Origin: Bdellovibrionales bacterium
GTDB taxonomy: Bacteria; Bdellovibrionota; Bacteriovoracia; Bacteriovoracales; Bacteriovoracaceae
Direction of reading: 5' to 3'
Length of the DNA stretch: 64,000 nt
NCBI GenBank assembly: GCA_030638415.1
Contig: DAOWEO010000008.1
Location: 47-64,046, forward strand
Part shown: positions 1 through 10,649 of the stretch, in pieces
Numbering within the stretch: position 1 is the first letter of the stretch
How the letters are laid out: every line of letters begins with the position of its first letter
Notes under the pieces: generated by a model
The model's input: the letters and a program-made list of their open reading frames with translations, nothing else
Database searches by the model: none
What the model was told of the DNA's origin: nothing
Made by a program: the position numbers and the translations under genes

Positions 1-105
1 GTTAAGTTGATTACAACTATTGCAATGGAAAAAGGTCTCCGTTTTGCAATCCGCGAGGGTGGTAGAACAATTGGAGCTGGTACAGTTTCTGAGATACTTG
101 ATTAA
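1..105 (+). CDS. tuf: Elongation factor Tu, 3' end only (gene begins upstream of window)
   Basis: Frame 1 reads [34 protein letters not shown], the conserved EF-Tu C-terminus. It lies directly upstream of rpsJ. Confidence 0.9.
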   Translation, partial: VKLITTIAMEKGLRFAIREGGRTIGAGTVSEILD

Positions 106-162
106 TTTGAAAAAAAAGCTAAAATAATGAAAAAAATGTAAAAAAAACGAATAAAAAGAGGG

Positions 163-183
163 AAGGCCCTTGACAAGGGCCTT
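163..183 (+). terminator. Hairpin between tuf and rpsJ (possible tuf terminator/attenuator)
   Basis: Perfect 9-bp stem AAGGCCCTT / AAGGGCCTT with loop GAC. The downstream tract CTTGGACTTCTTT is only weakly T-rich. TTGACA is embedded at 170-175. Confidence 0.4.
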
Positions 184-243
184 GGACTTCTTTAAATAGA
201 GTGATCATTATATTTTATAAAAAAAGAAAGTGAAGAAGGGAAT

Positions 244-555
244 TTGATGAAATCGACAAAGTTAAGAATAAAGTTGAGAGCATATGATTATAAGTTATTA
301 GATAATTCAGTTAATGAAATTATTCAAACAGCTAAAGATACAGGTGCTCGTATTGCTGGTCCAATCCCTTTACCAACAGAAATTAATAAGTTTACTGTAC
401 TTCGTGGACCACATAAAGATAAGAAATCAAGAGAACAATTTGAAATGCGAACTCACAAGAGGCTCGTAGATATAATAGACCCTACTCAGCAAACCATTGA
501 TAGCCTAATGAAATTAGACCTATCTTCAGGTGTTGATGTAGAAATTAAGTATTAA
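244..555 (+). CDS. rpsJ: 30S ribosomal protein S10 (TTG at 244 or ATG at 247)
   Basis: [10 protein letters not shown]...GPIPLPT...[14 protein letters not shown] is typical uS10. It is the first gene of the S10 operon order. Confidence 0.97.
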   Translation: MMKSTKLRIKLRAYDYKLLDNSVNEIIQTAKDTGARIAGPIPLPTEINKFTVLRGPHKDKKSREQFEMRTHKRLVDIIDPTQQTIDSLMKLDLSSGVDVEIKY

Positions 556-634
556 TTAAAGGTTATTTGCTAATATAAATGTCAATAACCATGTACGCAT
601 CCCTGAAAGAACAGGGTGATGCTGTGGAGGATGA

Positions 635-1288
635 ATGTCAGAAGAAACTAATTCAGTTGATCTTGAAACAATCTACGCCATAAAAGCAGGAATGACTCGC
701 ATTTTCGATGAAAATGGGAAGCATGTTCCAGTTACTGTGGTAAAACTCGTATCTAATGTTATTTCTCAGGTAAAGACTCAGGAAAAAGATGGGTATTCAG
801 CTTATCAAGTTGCCTATTATGAAAAGAGAGAAAAACTAGTTCCAAACCCAATCAAAGGGCATCTAAAAAAAGCTGGAGTTGATAAAACTTTCGCACGCTT
901 TGCAGAAATTAAGACTGACGCAAGTGTAGAACTTTTAGGTAAGGAAGTAACTTATGGTGCTTTCGCTAACAAATCTTTTGTTGATGTATCTGGAGTATCT
1001 AAGGGTAAAGGTTTCCAAGGAGTTATGAAACGATTTAACTTCTCAGGTGGACCTGCAGCTCACGGATCTAAATTTCACCGTACAACAGGTTCTATTGGTC
1101 AACATACTGATCCAGCTCGTGTTGTTAAAGGTAAGAAGATGCCAGGACATATGGGTGCAAAGAAGAAAACAATTCAAAACTTAGAAGTTGTAGATGTTAA
1201 TTTAGAGAAAAACTTTATGCTTATCAAGGGATCAGTACCTGGGGCAAAAAATGGTTTTATTAAAATTAGTAAAGCAATTAAGAAATAA
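635..1288 (+). CDS. rplC: 50S ribosomal protein L3
   Basis: GKGFQGVMKRFNFSGGPAAHGS motif; conserved operon position. Confidence 0.97.
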   Translation: MSEETNSVDLETIYAIKAGMTRIFDENGKHVPVTVVKLVSNVISQVKTQEKDGYSAYQVAYYEKREKLVPNPIKGHLKKAGVDKTFARFAEIKTDASVELLGKEVTYGAFANKSFVDVSGVSKGKGFQGVMKRFNFSGGPAAHGSKFHRTTGSIGQHTDPARVVKGKKMPGHMGAKKKTIQNLEVVDVNLEKNFMLIKGSVPGAKNGFIKISKAIKK

Positions 1289-1301
1289 GTGAGAGGATAA
1301 A

Positions 1302-1919
1302 ATGGCAGATATAACAGTATTAAATAGTAAGTTTGAAAATGCAGGGTCACTATCTGTGAACGTTGCATTAGAATCAGACAATATTAATGTACCGGTTGTT
1401 CACTCCGTTGTTAAAGCAACTTTGGCTGGAAGACGTCAAGGTAATGCTTGTACAAAAACAAGAGGACTTGTTTCAGGTGGAGGTAGAAAACCTTTTAAGC
1501 AAAAGGGAACAGGCCGTGCAAGACAAGGTTCAACTCGTGCTCCAATTCAGGTTGGTGGTGGAACAGCATTTGGCCCACGTACACGTAGCTATGACCAAAA
1601 GATGAATAAGAAAGTTGTCCTCAAGGCAATTCAGTCAGTTTTGGCTGATAAGTTTCAAGCAGGAAAATTAACTGTTGTTGAAACAATTGAGTCAACTGGT
1701 AAAACAAAAGATATGCATACACTTTTAAATGGAAAAGGCTTATTACCTGCACTGATTGTTACTGCAGATAAAAATAGCCCAGCATTAAGAGCGGTTAAGA
1801 ATCTTCAATATGGTAAAGGTTTAGCAGTTGAAGGGTTTAGCGTTTATGAAGCTGTAAAGTTTGAAAATTTAGTTATCGAAAAAGCTGCTTTAGAGAAGTT
1901 GCTTGAGAGATTGGGGTAA
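1302..1919 (+). CDS. rplD: 50S ribosomal protein L4
   Basis: GGGRKPFKQKGTGRARQGS motif; operon order. Confidence 0.97.
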   Translation: MADITVLNSKFENAGSLSVNVALESDNINVPVVHSVVKATLAGRRQGNACTKTRGLVSGGGRKPFKQKGTGRARQGSTRAPIQVGGGTAFGPRTRSYDQKMNKKVVLKAIQSVLADKFQAGKLTVVETIESTGKTKDMHTLLNGKGLLPALIVTADKNSPALRAVKNLQYGKGLAVEGFSVYEAVKFENLVIEKAALEKLLERLG

Positions 1920-1925
1920 ATCGTT

Positions 1926-2216
1926 ATGGCACAATTAGAGAATATTCTAAAGAAACCGCTTATCACTGAAAAAGTTAGCAAAGGGACTGAAAAATTCAAT
2001 CGCTATGCTTTTGTTGTTGAGCTAAAAGCTAACAAGTACCAAATTAAGCAAGCTGTTGAAACTCTTTACAACGTTAAAGTTCTTGCAGTTAGAACTAATA
2101 TTACTCCAGGTAAAACAGTTCGAGCTGGTAAGTCAGTAAAGAAGACTTCAAAGTTTAAGAAAGCTTTTATTGAATTGGCTGAAGGTCAAACAATTGAGTT
2201 TTTTAAAGGTATTTAA
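1926..2216 (+). CDS. rplW: 50S ribosomal protein L23
   Basis: 96-aa ORF with LITEK...YAFVV pattern, between rplD and rplB. Confidence 0.95.
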   Translation: MAQLENILKKPLITEKVSKGTEKFNRYAFVVELKANKYQIKQAVETLYNVKVLAVRTNITPGKTVRAGKSVKKTSKFKKAFIELAEGQTIEFFKGI

Positions 2217-2242
2217 TTAATTAGATATAATTAGAGGTAGAT

Positions 2243-3064
2243 ATGGCAATACAAAAATTTAATCCAACAACTCCTTCATTAAGACAGATGGTAGTTGTAA
2301 CAAGTGAAGGTTTAGACAAGATTAAACCTCTTAAGTCTTTGACTGCTCCAATGAAGAGAAGTTCAGGACGAAATAATGCGGGACGAATTACTGTTCGTCG
2401 TCGTGGTGGTGGAGCAAAAAGAAGATATAGAGTTATCGATTTTAAAAGAAATAAATTTGATATCCCAGCAAATGTTCAAGCGATTGTTTATGATCCAAAT
2501 AGGACATGTCACATTGCACTTTTAGCTTACCTTGATGGAGAGAAGAGATATATTCTTGCTCCAGCAACTTTAAAAGTTGGTGATCAGGTTATTTCATCTG
2601 AAACAGCAGATATTAAAAATGGTAACTCAAAGTTACTTAAAAATATTCCGGTTGGTACTTTAGTTCACAATGTTGAGTTAAACCCAGGTGCCGGCGGACA
2701 ATTTGCAAGATCTGCAGGTTCTTCTGTTCAGGTTATGGCTAAAGAAGGAAAAACTATTCTTCTTAGAATGCCATCTGGTGAAGTTCGTAAAGTACGCGAA
2801 ACTTGTCGTGCAACAGTTGGTTCTGTTGGAAATGCTGAGCATGAGCAAAGAGTGCTTGGAAAAGCTGGAAAAGCAAGACATTTAGGTAGAAGACCTAAAG
2901 TTCGTGGTGTTGTTATGAATCCAGTTGATCACCCACACGGTGGTGGTGAAGGAAGAACTTCTGGTGGACGTCACCCTGTAAGTCCATGGGGAATGCCAAC
3001 AAAAGGTTACAAGACAAGAAAGAACAAACGAACAGATAAAAATATTGTTAAAAGACGCAAATAA
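2243..3064 (+). CDS. rplB: 50S ribosomal protein L2
   Basis: [26 protein letters not shown] motif. Confidence 0.98.
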   Translation: MAIQKFNPTTPSLRQMVVVTSEGLDKIKPLKSLTAPMKRSSGRNNAGRITVRRRGGGAKRRYRVIDFKRNKFDIPANVQAIVYDPNRTCHIALLAYLDGEKRYILAPATLKVGDQVISSETADIKNGNSKLLKNIPVGTLVHNVELNPGAGGQFARSAGSSVQVMAKEGKTILLRMPSGEVRKVRETCRATVGSVGNAEHEQRVLGKAGKARHLGRRPKVRGVVMNPVDHPHGGGEGRTSGGRHPVSPWGMPTKGYKTRKNKRTDKNIVKRRK

Positions 3065-3086
3065 TAGCGGTTAGTGGGAGAAGAGC

Positions 3087-3362
3087 ATGACTCGATCATT
3101 AAAAAAAGGTCCATTTGTTGATGACCATTTATTAAAAAAAGTACTTAAGGCGAAAGAAGAGTCTAAGGGGAACAAAGTTATTAAAACTTGGTCTCGTAGA
3201 TCAACTATCGTTCCTGAGTTTATTGGATTAACTTTTGCTGTTCATAACGGAAGAAAGTTTGTTCCTGTATACGTATCTGACAACATGGTTGGGCATAAGC
3301 TAGGCGAGTTTTCAATTACTCGTACATTTTATGGGCATGGCGCAGATAAGAAGAGAAAGTAA
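3087..3362 (+). CDS. rpsS: 30S ribosomal protein S19
   Basis: SLKKGPFVD...[11 protein letters not shown]...GHKLGEF. Confidence 0.98.
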   Translation: MTRSLKKGPFVDDHLLKKVLKAKEESKGNKVIKTWSRRSTIVPEFIGLTFAVHNGRKFVPVYVSDNMVGHKLGEFSITRTFYGHGADKKRK

Positions 3363-3395
3363 ATTGTTGTTAATTTAAACGAGTGAGAGGGCAGT

Positions 3396-3731
3396 ATGGC
3401 CATAATGGTAAAAAACCGAAAAGTTGGGATCGCACCTAGAAAAGTTAGACAGGTATGTGACCAAATTAGACGAAAGAAAGTTTCTGATGCGATGAAGATC
3501 TTGAGATTCAGTGGAAAAAAAGAGATCTCTGTTGTTTTAGGAAAATTAATAAATAGTGGTTTAGCAATCGCTTCAGATTCAGGTAAGTATGACCTAGACA
3601 ATCTAGTTGTACATACGATCAAAGTTGATGAGGGTCAAACTCAAAAAAGAATTAGACCTAGAGCTCAAGGTCGTGCGTTTAGAATTAGAAAAAGATCTAG
3701 TCATATTACAGTTGAACTAAAAGAAGCATAG
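3396..3731 (+). CDS. rplV: 50S ribosomal protein L22
   Basis: IAPRKVRQV...[19 protein letters not shown]; operon order. Confidence 0.96.
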   Translation: MAIMVKNRKVGIAPRKVRQVCDQIRRKKVSDAMKILRFSGKKEISVVLGKLINSGLAIASDSGKYDLDNLVVHTIKVDEGQTQKRIRPRAQGRAFRIRKRSSHITVELKEA

Positions 3732-3741
3732 GGAAGGATAT

Positions 3742-4368
3742 ATGGGACAGAAAGTACATCCATACGGATTTAGACTTGGTTATATTAAAACTTGGCAGTC
3801 AAATTGGTACGCAAAAGAAAATTATGCAACCGCTCTTCATGAAGATATTCGCATTAGAGCTTATATTGAAAAAGCAATGAAGAATGCATCAGTTTCACGT
3901 ACAGAGATTTCAAGAACTTCTGATCAGGTAAAGGTTACTGTATATACAGCTAAGCCAGGTATCGCGATTGGAAAGAAAGGTGCTGGAATTGATAAGATTC
4001 GTAAGGATCTGAAAAAATTAATTGCTGGAACAATTATTTTTAATATTGCAGAAGTTAAGAAACCTGATGCTGATGCAAAGTTAATTGCTGAAAACATTGC
4101 TCATCAACTTGAAAAGCGAGTTGCTTTCAGACGTGCAATGAAAAAAGTGATGCAGTCTGCTTTTAGAAGTGGAGTTAAAGGTATTCGAATTCGTTGTGCT
4201 GGTCGACTTGGTGGAGCTGAGATGGCAAGAGCAGAAGGTTATACAGAGAGAAAAGTACCACTTCATACACTTCGCGCAGATATTGATTACAATACTGCTG
4301 AAGCTCACACTACATATGGACTTATTGGTGTGAAAGTATGGGTTTACAAGGGCGAAATATATAAATAA
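3742..4368 (+). CDS. rpsC: 30S ribosomal protein S3
   Basis: [14 protein letters not shown]-terminus and KH-domain pattern. Confidence 0.98.
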   Translation: MGQKVHPYGFRLGYIKTWQSNWYAKENYATALHEDIRIRAYIEKAMKNASVSRTEISRTSDQVKVTVYTAKPGIAIGKKGAGIDKIRKDLKKLIAGTIIFNIAEVKKPDADAKLIAENIAHQLEKRVAFRRAMKKVMQSAFRSGVKGIRIRCAGRLGGAEMARAEGYTERKVPLHTLRADIDYNTAEAHTTYGLIGVKVWVYKGEIYK

Positions 4369-4380
4369 TAGGGGTTTACG

Positions 4381-4797
4381 ATGCTATCACCGAAAAAAGT
4401 AAAATGGCGTAAGCCACAGACGGGAAGAATGAAAGGTCAGGCTTACCGTGGAAATACTATAACATATGGAGAAATTGCTTTGCAAGCGACAGAATGTGGG
4501 TATATTACCAACAGACAAATTGAAGCTGCTCGTATTGCAATGACTCGTAAGATTAAACGTGGCGGTCAGGTTTGGATTAAAATTTTTCCAGACAAGCCTC
4601 TTACGAAGAAGCCTGCTGAAGTAAGACAAGGAAAAGGAAAGGGACCTGTTGATAAATGGGTTGCTGTTGTAAAGCCTGGAAGAGTTTTATTTGAGATTGC
4701 TGGAGTAGAAGTTGATTTAATGAAAGAGGCTCTTATGCTTGCAAAATATAAGCTTCCGATTAAAACAAAGATTATTTTAAAAGAAACAGCTGAATAA
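4381..4797 (+). CDS. rplP: 50S ribosomal protein L16
   Basis: [11 protein letters not shown]...EAARIAMTR pattern. Confidence 0.98.
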   Translation: MLSPKKVKWRKPQTGRMKGQAYRGNTITYGEIALQATECGYITNRQIEAARIAMTRKIKRGGQVWIKIFPDKPLTKKPAEVRQGKGKGPVDKWVAVVKPGRVLFEIAGVEVDLMKEALMLAKYKLPIKTKIILKETAE

Positions 4798-4808
4798 GCG
4801 AGGATATT

Positions 4809-5000
4809 ATGTTGAAGATAGAAGATATCAAAAAGCTTGATAGCAAAATGATTGACTCAAAGATTACTGAGTTAAGAAAAGAGTTATTTGAGATGAGAAT
4901 GCAAAAAGTTTCTGGTGGAATTGAAAAGCCTCATAGAAAAAAAGATCTTAAAAAAGATATTGCAAGGTTACTAACAGTTAGAAATGTTGAGGGTGCATAA
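4809..5000 (+). CDS. rpmC: 50S ribosomal protein L29
   Basis: 63 aa with ELRKELFEMRMQ; operon order. Its stop overlaps the rpsQ start. Confidence 0.95.
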   Translation: MLKIEDIKKLDSKMIDSKITELRKELFEMRMQKVSGGIEKPHRKKDLKKDIARLLTVRNVEGA

Positions 5001-5254
5001 TGAGTACACAAGAATCGAAGAGTTTTAAAAGAAAACTAGTTGGAACTGTCGTAAGTGATAAAGCGACACAGACAATTGTCGTAAGCGTTACAAGACGTTA
5101 TAAGCACGCTCTTTATAGTAAATTTGTTCATGATTCAAAAAAATATCATGCGCACGATATTAAAGAAGTGGCAAAGATTGGAGATAAAGTTCAAATTATC
5201 GAGTCAAAGCCATATTCTAAGTTAAAGAGATGGGAATTAGTTAAAGTATTATAA
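5000..5254 (+). CDS. rpsQ: 30S ribosomal protein S17
   Basis: 84-aa ORF with GTVVSDKATQTIVVSV...YKHALYSKF pattern. Confidence 0.96.
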   Translation: MSTQESKSFKRKLVGTVVSDKATQTIVVSVTRRYKHALYSKFVHDSKKYHAHDIKEVAKIGDKVQIIESKPYSKLKRWELVKVL

Positions 5255-5277
5255 GAAGAAAGGGTTAGGAGTTAGCC

Positions 5278-5646
5278 ATGATACAAATGCAATCAAAGCT
5301 TGAAGTAGCAGATAATTCAGGCGCAAAAATAGTTAAGTGTATAAAAGTTCTCGGTGGATCAAAGAGAATGAGTGCTGGTGTTGGTGACACAATTGTTGTT
5401 GCTGTTCAACAAGCACTTCCAAATGGAAAGATCAAAAAAGGTGATGTTAAGAGAGCGGTAATCGTTAGAACAACATACCCAATTTGTCGTGACGATGGAT
5501 CTTATATCCAGTTTGACAAAAACAGTGTAGTTCTTTTAAACGCAAATGAAGAGCCTGTTGGAACCCGTATTTTTGGGCCAGTGGCACGTGAGTTAAGAGG
5601 GAGAAATTTTACAAAGATTTGTTCACTCGCTCCTGAAGTATTATAA
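5278..5646 (+). CDS. rplN: 50S ribosomal protein L14
   Basis: [18 protein letters not shown]-terminus. Confidence 0.98.
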   Translation: MIQMQSKLEVADNSGAKIVKCIKVLGGSKRMSAGVGDTIVVAVQQALPNGKIKKGDVKRAVIVRTTYPICRDDGSYIQFDKNSVVLLNANEEPVGTRIFGPVARELRGRNFTKICSLAPEVL

Positions 5647-5659
5647 GGTTGGTATTGAG

Positions 5660-5971
5660 ATGCAAAAATTAAAAGTAGATGATGAAGTTATAGTTGTTGC
5701 TGGTCGTGATAAAGGTAAGAAGGGAAAAGTTAAATCTTTAAACTTTAAAACCAAGACTGCAATTGTTGAAGGCGTTAATATGGTTAAGAAAACAGTTAAG
5801 CCAACTCAGGAAGCACCAGATGGTGGGATAACTGATAAGGAAGCTGTGATCAGTATTAGTAATATTGCAGTTGTTAGTCCAAAAACGAGTGGTGCTACAC
5901 GAGTACGAATTGAAGAGAAAGATGGGAAAAAGGTAAGAGTCGCTGTTAAATGTGGAAGCGTTCTTAATTAA
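5660..5971 (+). CDS. rplX: 50S ribosomal protein L24
   Basis: [23 protein letters not shown] motif. Confidence 0.96.
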   Translation: MQKLKVDDEVIVVAGRDKGKKGKVKSLNFKTKTAIVEGVNMVKKTVKPTQEAPDGGITDKEAVISISNIAVVSPKTSGATRVRIEEKDGKKVRVAVKCGSVLN

Positions 5972-5985
5972 CCGAGGTTGAAGTA

Positions 5986-6525
5986 ATGTCCAGATTAAAA
6001 GAAAAGTACAACAAAGAAATTAAAAAGAATTTAATGGAGAAGTTTGGTTATAAAAATATTCACCAAGTTCCTGCATTAGAAAAAATCGTTGTTAACTGTG
6101 TAACCAAAGATTGTGTTACTAACGGTAAGATGGTTGATAGTATTGTAGCTGACCTTGCTGCGATTACAGGTCAAAAACCTGTTGTTGCAAGAGCAAGAAA
6201 GTCTATTGCGACATTTAAGTTAAGAGAAGGTATGCCGATTGGTGCTTCTGTTACTCTTCGTGATAGTACAATGTATGAATTTCTTGATCGTTTAGTAAAT
6301 ATTTCATTGCCACGTGTTCGTGACTTTAGAGGCGTCTCTTCTAAGGCATTTGATGGTCGTGGTAATTATGTTCTTGGGATGAAAGAGCAGATTATCTTTC
6401 CTGAAATTAACTATGACAAGATTGATAAAATTAGAGGTTTGGGAATTTCAATTGTAACGACCGCAAAAAATAACGAAGAGGGGAAAGAGCTTCTTTCTCA
6501 ATTCGGAATGCCTTTTAAAAAATAA
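5986..6525 (+). CDS. rplE: 50S ribosomal protein L5
   Basis: [11 protein letters not shown]...[16 protein letters not shown] pattern. Confidence 0.98.
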   Translation: MSRLKEKYNKEIKKNLMEKFGYKNIHQVPALEKIVVNCVTKDCVTNGKMVDSIVADLAAITGQKPVVARARKSIATFKLREGMPIGASVTLRDSTMYEFLDRLVNISLPRVRDFRGVSSKAFDGRGNYVLGMKEQIIFPEINYDKIDKIRGLGISIVTTAKNNEEGKELLSQFGMPFKK

Positions 6526-6540
6526 ACGAGGAATATTAAG

Positions 6541-6726
6541 ATGGCAAGATTAGCAAAGATTGTAGCAGCAAAAAGAACACCAAAGTTTAAAGTTAGACAA
6601 CGTAATCGTTGTGAGGTCTGTGGAAGACCACGTGGCTTTTTACGAAATTTTAAATTATGTAGAATATGTTTTAGACAGTTATCTCTTCAGGGTATGATTC
6701 CTGGAATAACTAAGTCTAGTTGGTAA
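6541..6726 (+). CDS. rpsN: 30S ribosomal protein S14, short zinc-binding (type Z) form
   Basis: 61 aa with [22 protein letters not shown] (CxxC...CxxC). Confidence 0.97.
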   Translation: MARLAKIVAAKRTPKFKVRQRNRCEVCGRPRGFLRNFKLCRICFRQLSLQGMIPGITKSSW

Positions 6727-6742
6727 TAGAGGAGACTTCGCC

Positions 6743-7126
6743 ATGATGACAGACCCAATAGCAGACATGCTAACACGAGTGAGAAATGCGATTAGAGCGG
6801 GACATGATAGAGTTGAGTTTCCAGCAAGTAAGAGCAAGGCAGCGATTTGTAAAGTTTTAAAAGAAGAGGGATATATCCGTTCTTTCAAAATTATAGCAAA
6901 AAGTGCCAGTGATATTAAAGTAAGAGTTCTTTTTAAAGAGAATGCAATAGTTGGAATTCAGAGAGTTTCAAAGCCTGGTCTTAGACAGTACAGAGGATTC
7001 GGCGACATGCCACGAGTTCTTAGTGGACTTGGTATTTCAGTTGTATCAACATCAAAAGGTGTAATCTCTTCAAGAGCAGCAAAAAAATTAAAAGTTGGCG
7101 GAGAAGTTCTCTGCAATGTTTGGTAG
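6743..7126 (+). CDS. rpsH: 30S ribosomal protein S8
   Basis: MTDPIADMLTRVRNA N-terminus. Confidence 0.98.
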   Translation: MMTDPIADMLTRVRNAIRAGHDRVEFPASKSKAAICKVLKEEGYIRSFKIIAKSASDIKVRVLFKENAIVGIQRVSKPGLRQYRGFGDMPRVLSGLGISVVSTSKGVISSRAAKKLKVGGEVLCNVW

Positions 7127-7135
7127 GAGTTTATT

Positions 7136-7675
7136 ATGTCACGAGTTGGAAAACAACCAGTAGTAATTGTTGATAAAGTTGACGTAACTGTTAATGGCGC
7201 AACCGTTATCGTAAAGGGGCCAAAAGGGCAACTTGATTATACGTTTACTGATAAAGTAAAGATTGAGAAGAAGGATAAAGAAGTTATCATTACTCCTGTT
7301 GATCAGAGTAAAGAGAGTCGGTCTTTATGGGGAACAACTAGAACTGTTATTAATAATATGGTTGTAGGAGTTTCAACAGGATTTGTAAAAGGATTAGAGT
7401 TTAATGGAGTTGGTTATAAAGCAGTTGTTAAAGGTGATACAATTGTTTTAAATCTTGGTTACTCACATCCAATTAACTACAAGCTTCCAGAGGGAGTTGG
7501 TGCAAAAGTTAATAAGAATACAATTGAAATAAGTGGTGCTAATAAAGAACTTGTTGGTTTTGCAGCAGCTAAAATTAGATCATTCAGACCACCAGAGCCA
7601 TATAAAGGTAAAGGTGTTAAATATACTGATGAGCATATTATTAGAAAAGCTGGTAAATCAGGTGGAAAAAAATAG
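7136..7675 (+). CDS. rplF: 50S ribosomal protein L6
   Basis: MSRVGKQPV N-terminus, PEPYKGKGVKY near the C-terminus. Confidence 0.98.
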   Translation: MSRVGKQPVVIVDKVDVTVNGATVIVKGPKGQLDYTFTDKVKIEKKDKEVIITPVDQSKESRSLWGTTRTVINNMVVGVSTGFVKGLEFNGVGYKAVVKGDTIVLNLGYSHPINYKLPEGVGAKVNKNTIEISGANKELVGFAAAKIRSFRPPEPYKGKGVKYTDEHIIRKAGKSGGKK

Positions 7676-7687
7676 TAGGATAAAGAT

Positions 7688-8065
7688 ATGAGAAAACCAA
7701 TTAGAAAAGTAAAAAATGCAAAAATGGCCCGTAAGCTTAGAAGAAAGCTTAATATTAGAAAAAGGGTTATGGGAACTGCTGACAGACCAAGAGTTTGTGT
7801 AACAAAGTCAAATAAGAATATTAGAGTTCAGGTTGTAAATGACCTTGAAGATCATGTTCTTTTCTCTGTTCAAACTTTTGGAAAAGGTGCTGTTGCCGCT
7901 GCTAAGGCAAATAAAGAAGGTGCAAAACTTATAGGAGCGGAAGTTGCTAGTAAGTTAAAAGAAAAAAATATTGATGTGGTTGTTTTTGACAGAAATGGAA
8001 ATACTTATGCATCACTTATTGGAAGCTTAGCAGATAGTATTAGAGAAAACGGTATTAAACTTTAG
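7688..8065 (+). CDS. rplR: 50S ribosomal protein L18
   Basis: RPRVCVTKSNKNIRVQV...VFDRNGNTY pattern; operon order. Confidence 0.96.
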   Translation: MRKPIRKVKNAKMARKLRRKLNIRKRVMGTADRPRVCVTKSNKNIRVQVVNDLEDHVLFSVQTFGKGAVAAAKANKEGAKLIGAEVASKLKEKNIDVVVFDRNGNTYASLIGSLADSIRENGIKL

Positions 8066-8077
8066 TAGAGGGTTAGC

Positions 8078-8677
8078 ATGAGCGAAGAAAATAAAGAAGT
8101 TAAAGAAAACATCGAAGCAGCTGCAGAAGTTGTAGGGAAGAAAAAACCAGCTCCTAGAAAAAGAGCTCCTAGAAAGCCTCAGCAACAAACAGGTGATCCT
8201 GATATGGAAGAGCGTGTTGTTAATGTTGCCCGTGTTGCCAAAGTTGTTAAAGGTGGACGTCGTTTTTCTTTCTCTGCACTAATGGTAGTTGGAGACAAGA
8301 AGGGTAATGTTGGATACGGACTAGGAAAAGCAAAAGAAGTTCCTGAAGCTATTAGAAAAGCAACACAGGACGCTAAGCGAAAAATGATCCATGTTCCAAT
8401 TGAAAAAGGGACTATTCCTCACGTAATTCTGGGTGAGTATGATGCCGGTAAAATTTTATTTAAGCCAGCAGCAGAAGGTACAGGAGTTAAAGCAGCAGGT
8501 GCTTGTCGTTCAATTTTAGAACTTGCAGGTGTTAAAGATGTGTTAACTAAATCATTAAGAGGTAATAATCCTCACAATATTGTAAAGGCTACTTTTCACG
8601 CTCTAAAATCTCTTCGTTCAGGAGAAGAAATTGCTAAGCTTCGTGGAATTGATGCAAAAACAGTTAGACTTAAGTAG
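8078..8677 (+). CDS. rpsE: 30S ribosomal protein S5 with a basic/Pro-rich N-terminal extension
   Basis: The [18 protein letters not shown] core starts only around residue 55. The preceding segment is [17 protein letters not shown]. Confidence 0.96.
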   Translation: MSEENKEVKENIEAAAEVVGKKKPAPRKRAPRKPQQQTGDPDMEERVVNVARVAKVVKGGRRFSFSALMVVGDKKGNVGYGLGKAKEVPEAIRKATQDAKRKMIHVPIEKGTIPHVILGEYDAGKILFKPAAEGTGVKAAGACRSILELAGVKDVLTKSLRGNNPHNIVKATFHALKSLRSGEEIAKLRGIDAKTVRLK

Positions 8678-8688
8678 TTGAGGTAGAT

Positions 8689-8868
8689 ATGTCAGATAAA
8701 ATTACAGTGAAATTGAAAAAAAGTACAATTACTTGTACTGAGAAACAAAAAGCTTGTGTTAGAGGTCTTGGATTAAGAAAACTTAATACTCAGAAAACTC
8801 TTGAAAATACACCAGCAGTTCGTGGCATGATTAAGAAAGTTATTCATTTGCTAGAAATCAAAGAGTAG
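8689..8868 (+). CDS. rpmD: 50S ribosomal protein L30 (59 aa, not in ORF track)
   Basis: Hand translation: MSDKITVKLKKSTITCTEKQKACVRGLGLRKLNTQKTLENTPAVRGMIKKVIHLLEIKE*. GAGG lies upstream. It sits between rpsE and rplO. Confidence 0.92.
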   Translation: MSDKITVKLKKSTITCTEKQKACVRGLGLRKLNTQKTLENTPAVRGMIKKVIHLLEIKE

Positions 8869-8876
8869 GGTGAGAA

Positions 8877-9335
8877 ATGTTAAAGTTAAATAATTTACAA
8901 AGTCCGAAAGGATCTCATACAAATATTAAGAGAATTGGTCGTGGACAAGGTTCGGGACAAGGAACGCAAGCCGGTAAAGGTCACAAAGGGCAAAATGCTC
9001 GTAGTGGTGGTGGTGTTCGTCCAGGTTTCGAAGGTGGAGCATTACCTCTATACATGAAACTTCCAAAACGTGGATTTAAGAATGCACCTTTTAAGAAAGA
9101 GTATGCTGTTGTTAACCTTGAGCTACTAGAGTCAAAACTAGATGCAGGTAAAGTAACAAGAGAACTTTTAATTGAAAAAAGGTTGCTCAACGGGCATGAT
9201 AAGAGACGTTTAATTAAAATCCTCGGCGTTGGTGAAGTTTCAAAAGCTTTTGAATTTATTGGAATTGATAAATTTTCCAAAAAAGCAAAAGAAGCGATTG
9301 AAAAAGCTGGCGGCGTAATTACAAAAAAGGACTAA
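8877..9335 (+). CDS. rplO: 50S ribosomal protein L15
   Basis: GRGQGSGQGTQAGKGHKGQ motif. Confidence 0.97.
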   Translation: MLKLNNLQSPKGSHTNIKRIGRGQGSGQGTQAGKGHKGQNARSGGGVRPGFEGGALPLYMKLPKRGFKNAPFKKEYAVVNLELLESKLDAGKVTRELLIEKRLLNGHDKRRLIKILGVGEVSKAFEFIGIDKFSKKAKEAIEKAGGVITKKD

Positions 9336-9338
9336 TAG

Positions 9339-10649
9339 ATGTCATCTGCTCAAGGAAAACTTGACGACCTCAAGAAGAGAATAATTTTTACATTTTTGTT
9401 GCTAGTAGTTTTTAGGTTTGCAGCTCAAGTTCCTGTTCCGGGTGTGGACGGTTCAGCATTGCAGGCTTATTTCTCAGAGTCGGGTGGAGGTCTTTTTGAC
9501 CTTATTAACACTTTCAGTGGAGGAGCTTTTAAGCGTTTCTCTATTATTGCTCTTGGAATCATGCCTTATATTACAACTTCTATTATCTTTAGTTTACTTG
9601 GAGAAGTAATTCCTCAAGTGAAAGAGTTACAAGAAGATGCTGAGGGGCAAAAGACTATCCAAAAATGGACCAGATATGCAACAGTTATTCTTTGTTGCGT
9701 TCAGGGCTATGGTATGGCCGCAGTTTTTGAAAGTTTTAAAAGTCCAGGTCAAATACCTGTTATTCCAAACCCAGGAATGTTGTTTAAAATGACAACAATG
9801 ATTACTCTAGCCGGTGGGACGATGTTTCTTCTATGGTTAGGGGAGAGAATTACTGAGTATGGTCTGGAAAATGGTGTATCATTGATTATCTTTGCTGGTA
9901 TTGCGGTTGCGTTACCGTCTGAAATTTTACAAAAAATTACACTTTACCAAAACGGTGAGATGAAGGGATTTACTCTTTTACTGTTCTTTTTGGTTATTTT
10001 GTCTGCTTTTTATGTGGTGACTTTCATAGAAAAGTCAGTCAGGAGTATACCCGTTCAGTATGCAAAGAAAGTAGTCCATAATCGTGTATATGGTGGAGCT
10101 CAAACACTACCGATGAGAGTTGATACTGGTGGAGTTATGCCTCCTATTTTGGCATCGTCACTACTTGCGGCACCAGCTACTTTTGCTAGTTTTGTTGCTG
10201 CTGATAGTATTTTTAAACCTTATATGGACGTAATTCAACAGTCATTATATCCAGGGCAGATTTTATTTAATATTCTTTATGGCCTGCTAATTGTATATAT
10301 GACTTATTTTTATGCACCAATTCAGTTTAAGACAAAAAATATTGCAGAGATGTTACAGAAAAATAATGCATTTATCCCAGGTATTAGACCGGGTGTTAAG
10401 ACTAAAGAATTTTTAAATTATATTTTAGATAGACTTTCGTTTTTTGGATCTCTGTATCTAATCTTTGTATGTATCGTTCCAACTCTTATTACAGGTAATC
10501 AAACTCGCTTTGGTGGTACCGCAATGCTGATTTTAGTAAGTGTTGCCGTCAGAGTACTTATGAACGTTCAAACCTTTCTCTATGCTGATAAGTACCAAAA
10601 TGCTTATAAAGCTAAAGGGAAGTACAATGGGGCAAGCAGAAGGTTCTAA
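9339..10649 (+). CDS. secY: Preprotein translocase subunit SecY
   Basis: 436-aa polytopic membrane protein with IIALGIMPYITTSII and GGTAMLILVSV motifs; conserved position after rplO. Confidence 0.97.
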   Translation: MSSAQGKLDDLKKRIIFTFLLLVVFRFAAQVPVPGVDGSALQAYFSESGGGLFDLINTFSGGAFKRFSIIALGIMPYITTSIIFSLLGEVIPQVKELQEDAEGQKTIQKWTRYATVILCCVQGYGMAAVFESFKSPGQIPVIPNPGMLFKMTTMITLAGGTMFLLWLGERITEYGLENGVSLIIFAGIAVALPSEILQKITLYQNGEMKGFTLLLFFLVILSAFYVVTFIEKSVRSIPVQYAKKVVHNRVYGGAQTLPMRVDTGGVMPPILASSLLAAPATFASFVAADSIFKPYMDVIQQSLYPGQILFNILYGLLIVYMTYFYAPIQFKTKNIAEMLQKNNAFIPGIRPGVKTKEFLNYILDRLSFFGSLYLIFVCIVPTLITGNQTRFGGTAMLILVSVAVRVLMNVQTFLYADKYQNAYKAKGKYNGASRRF

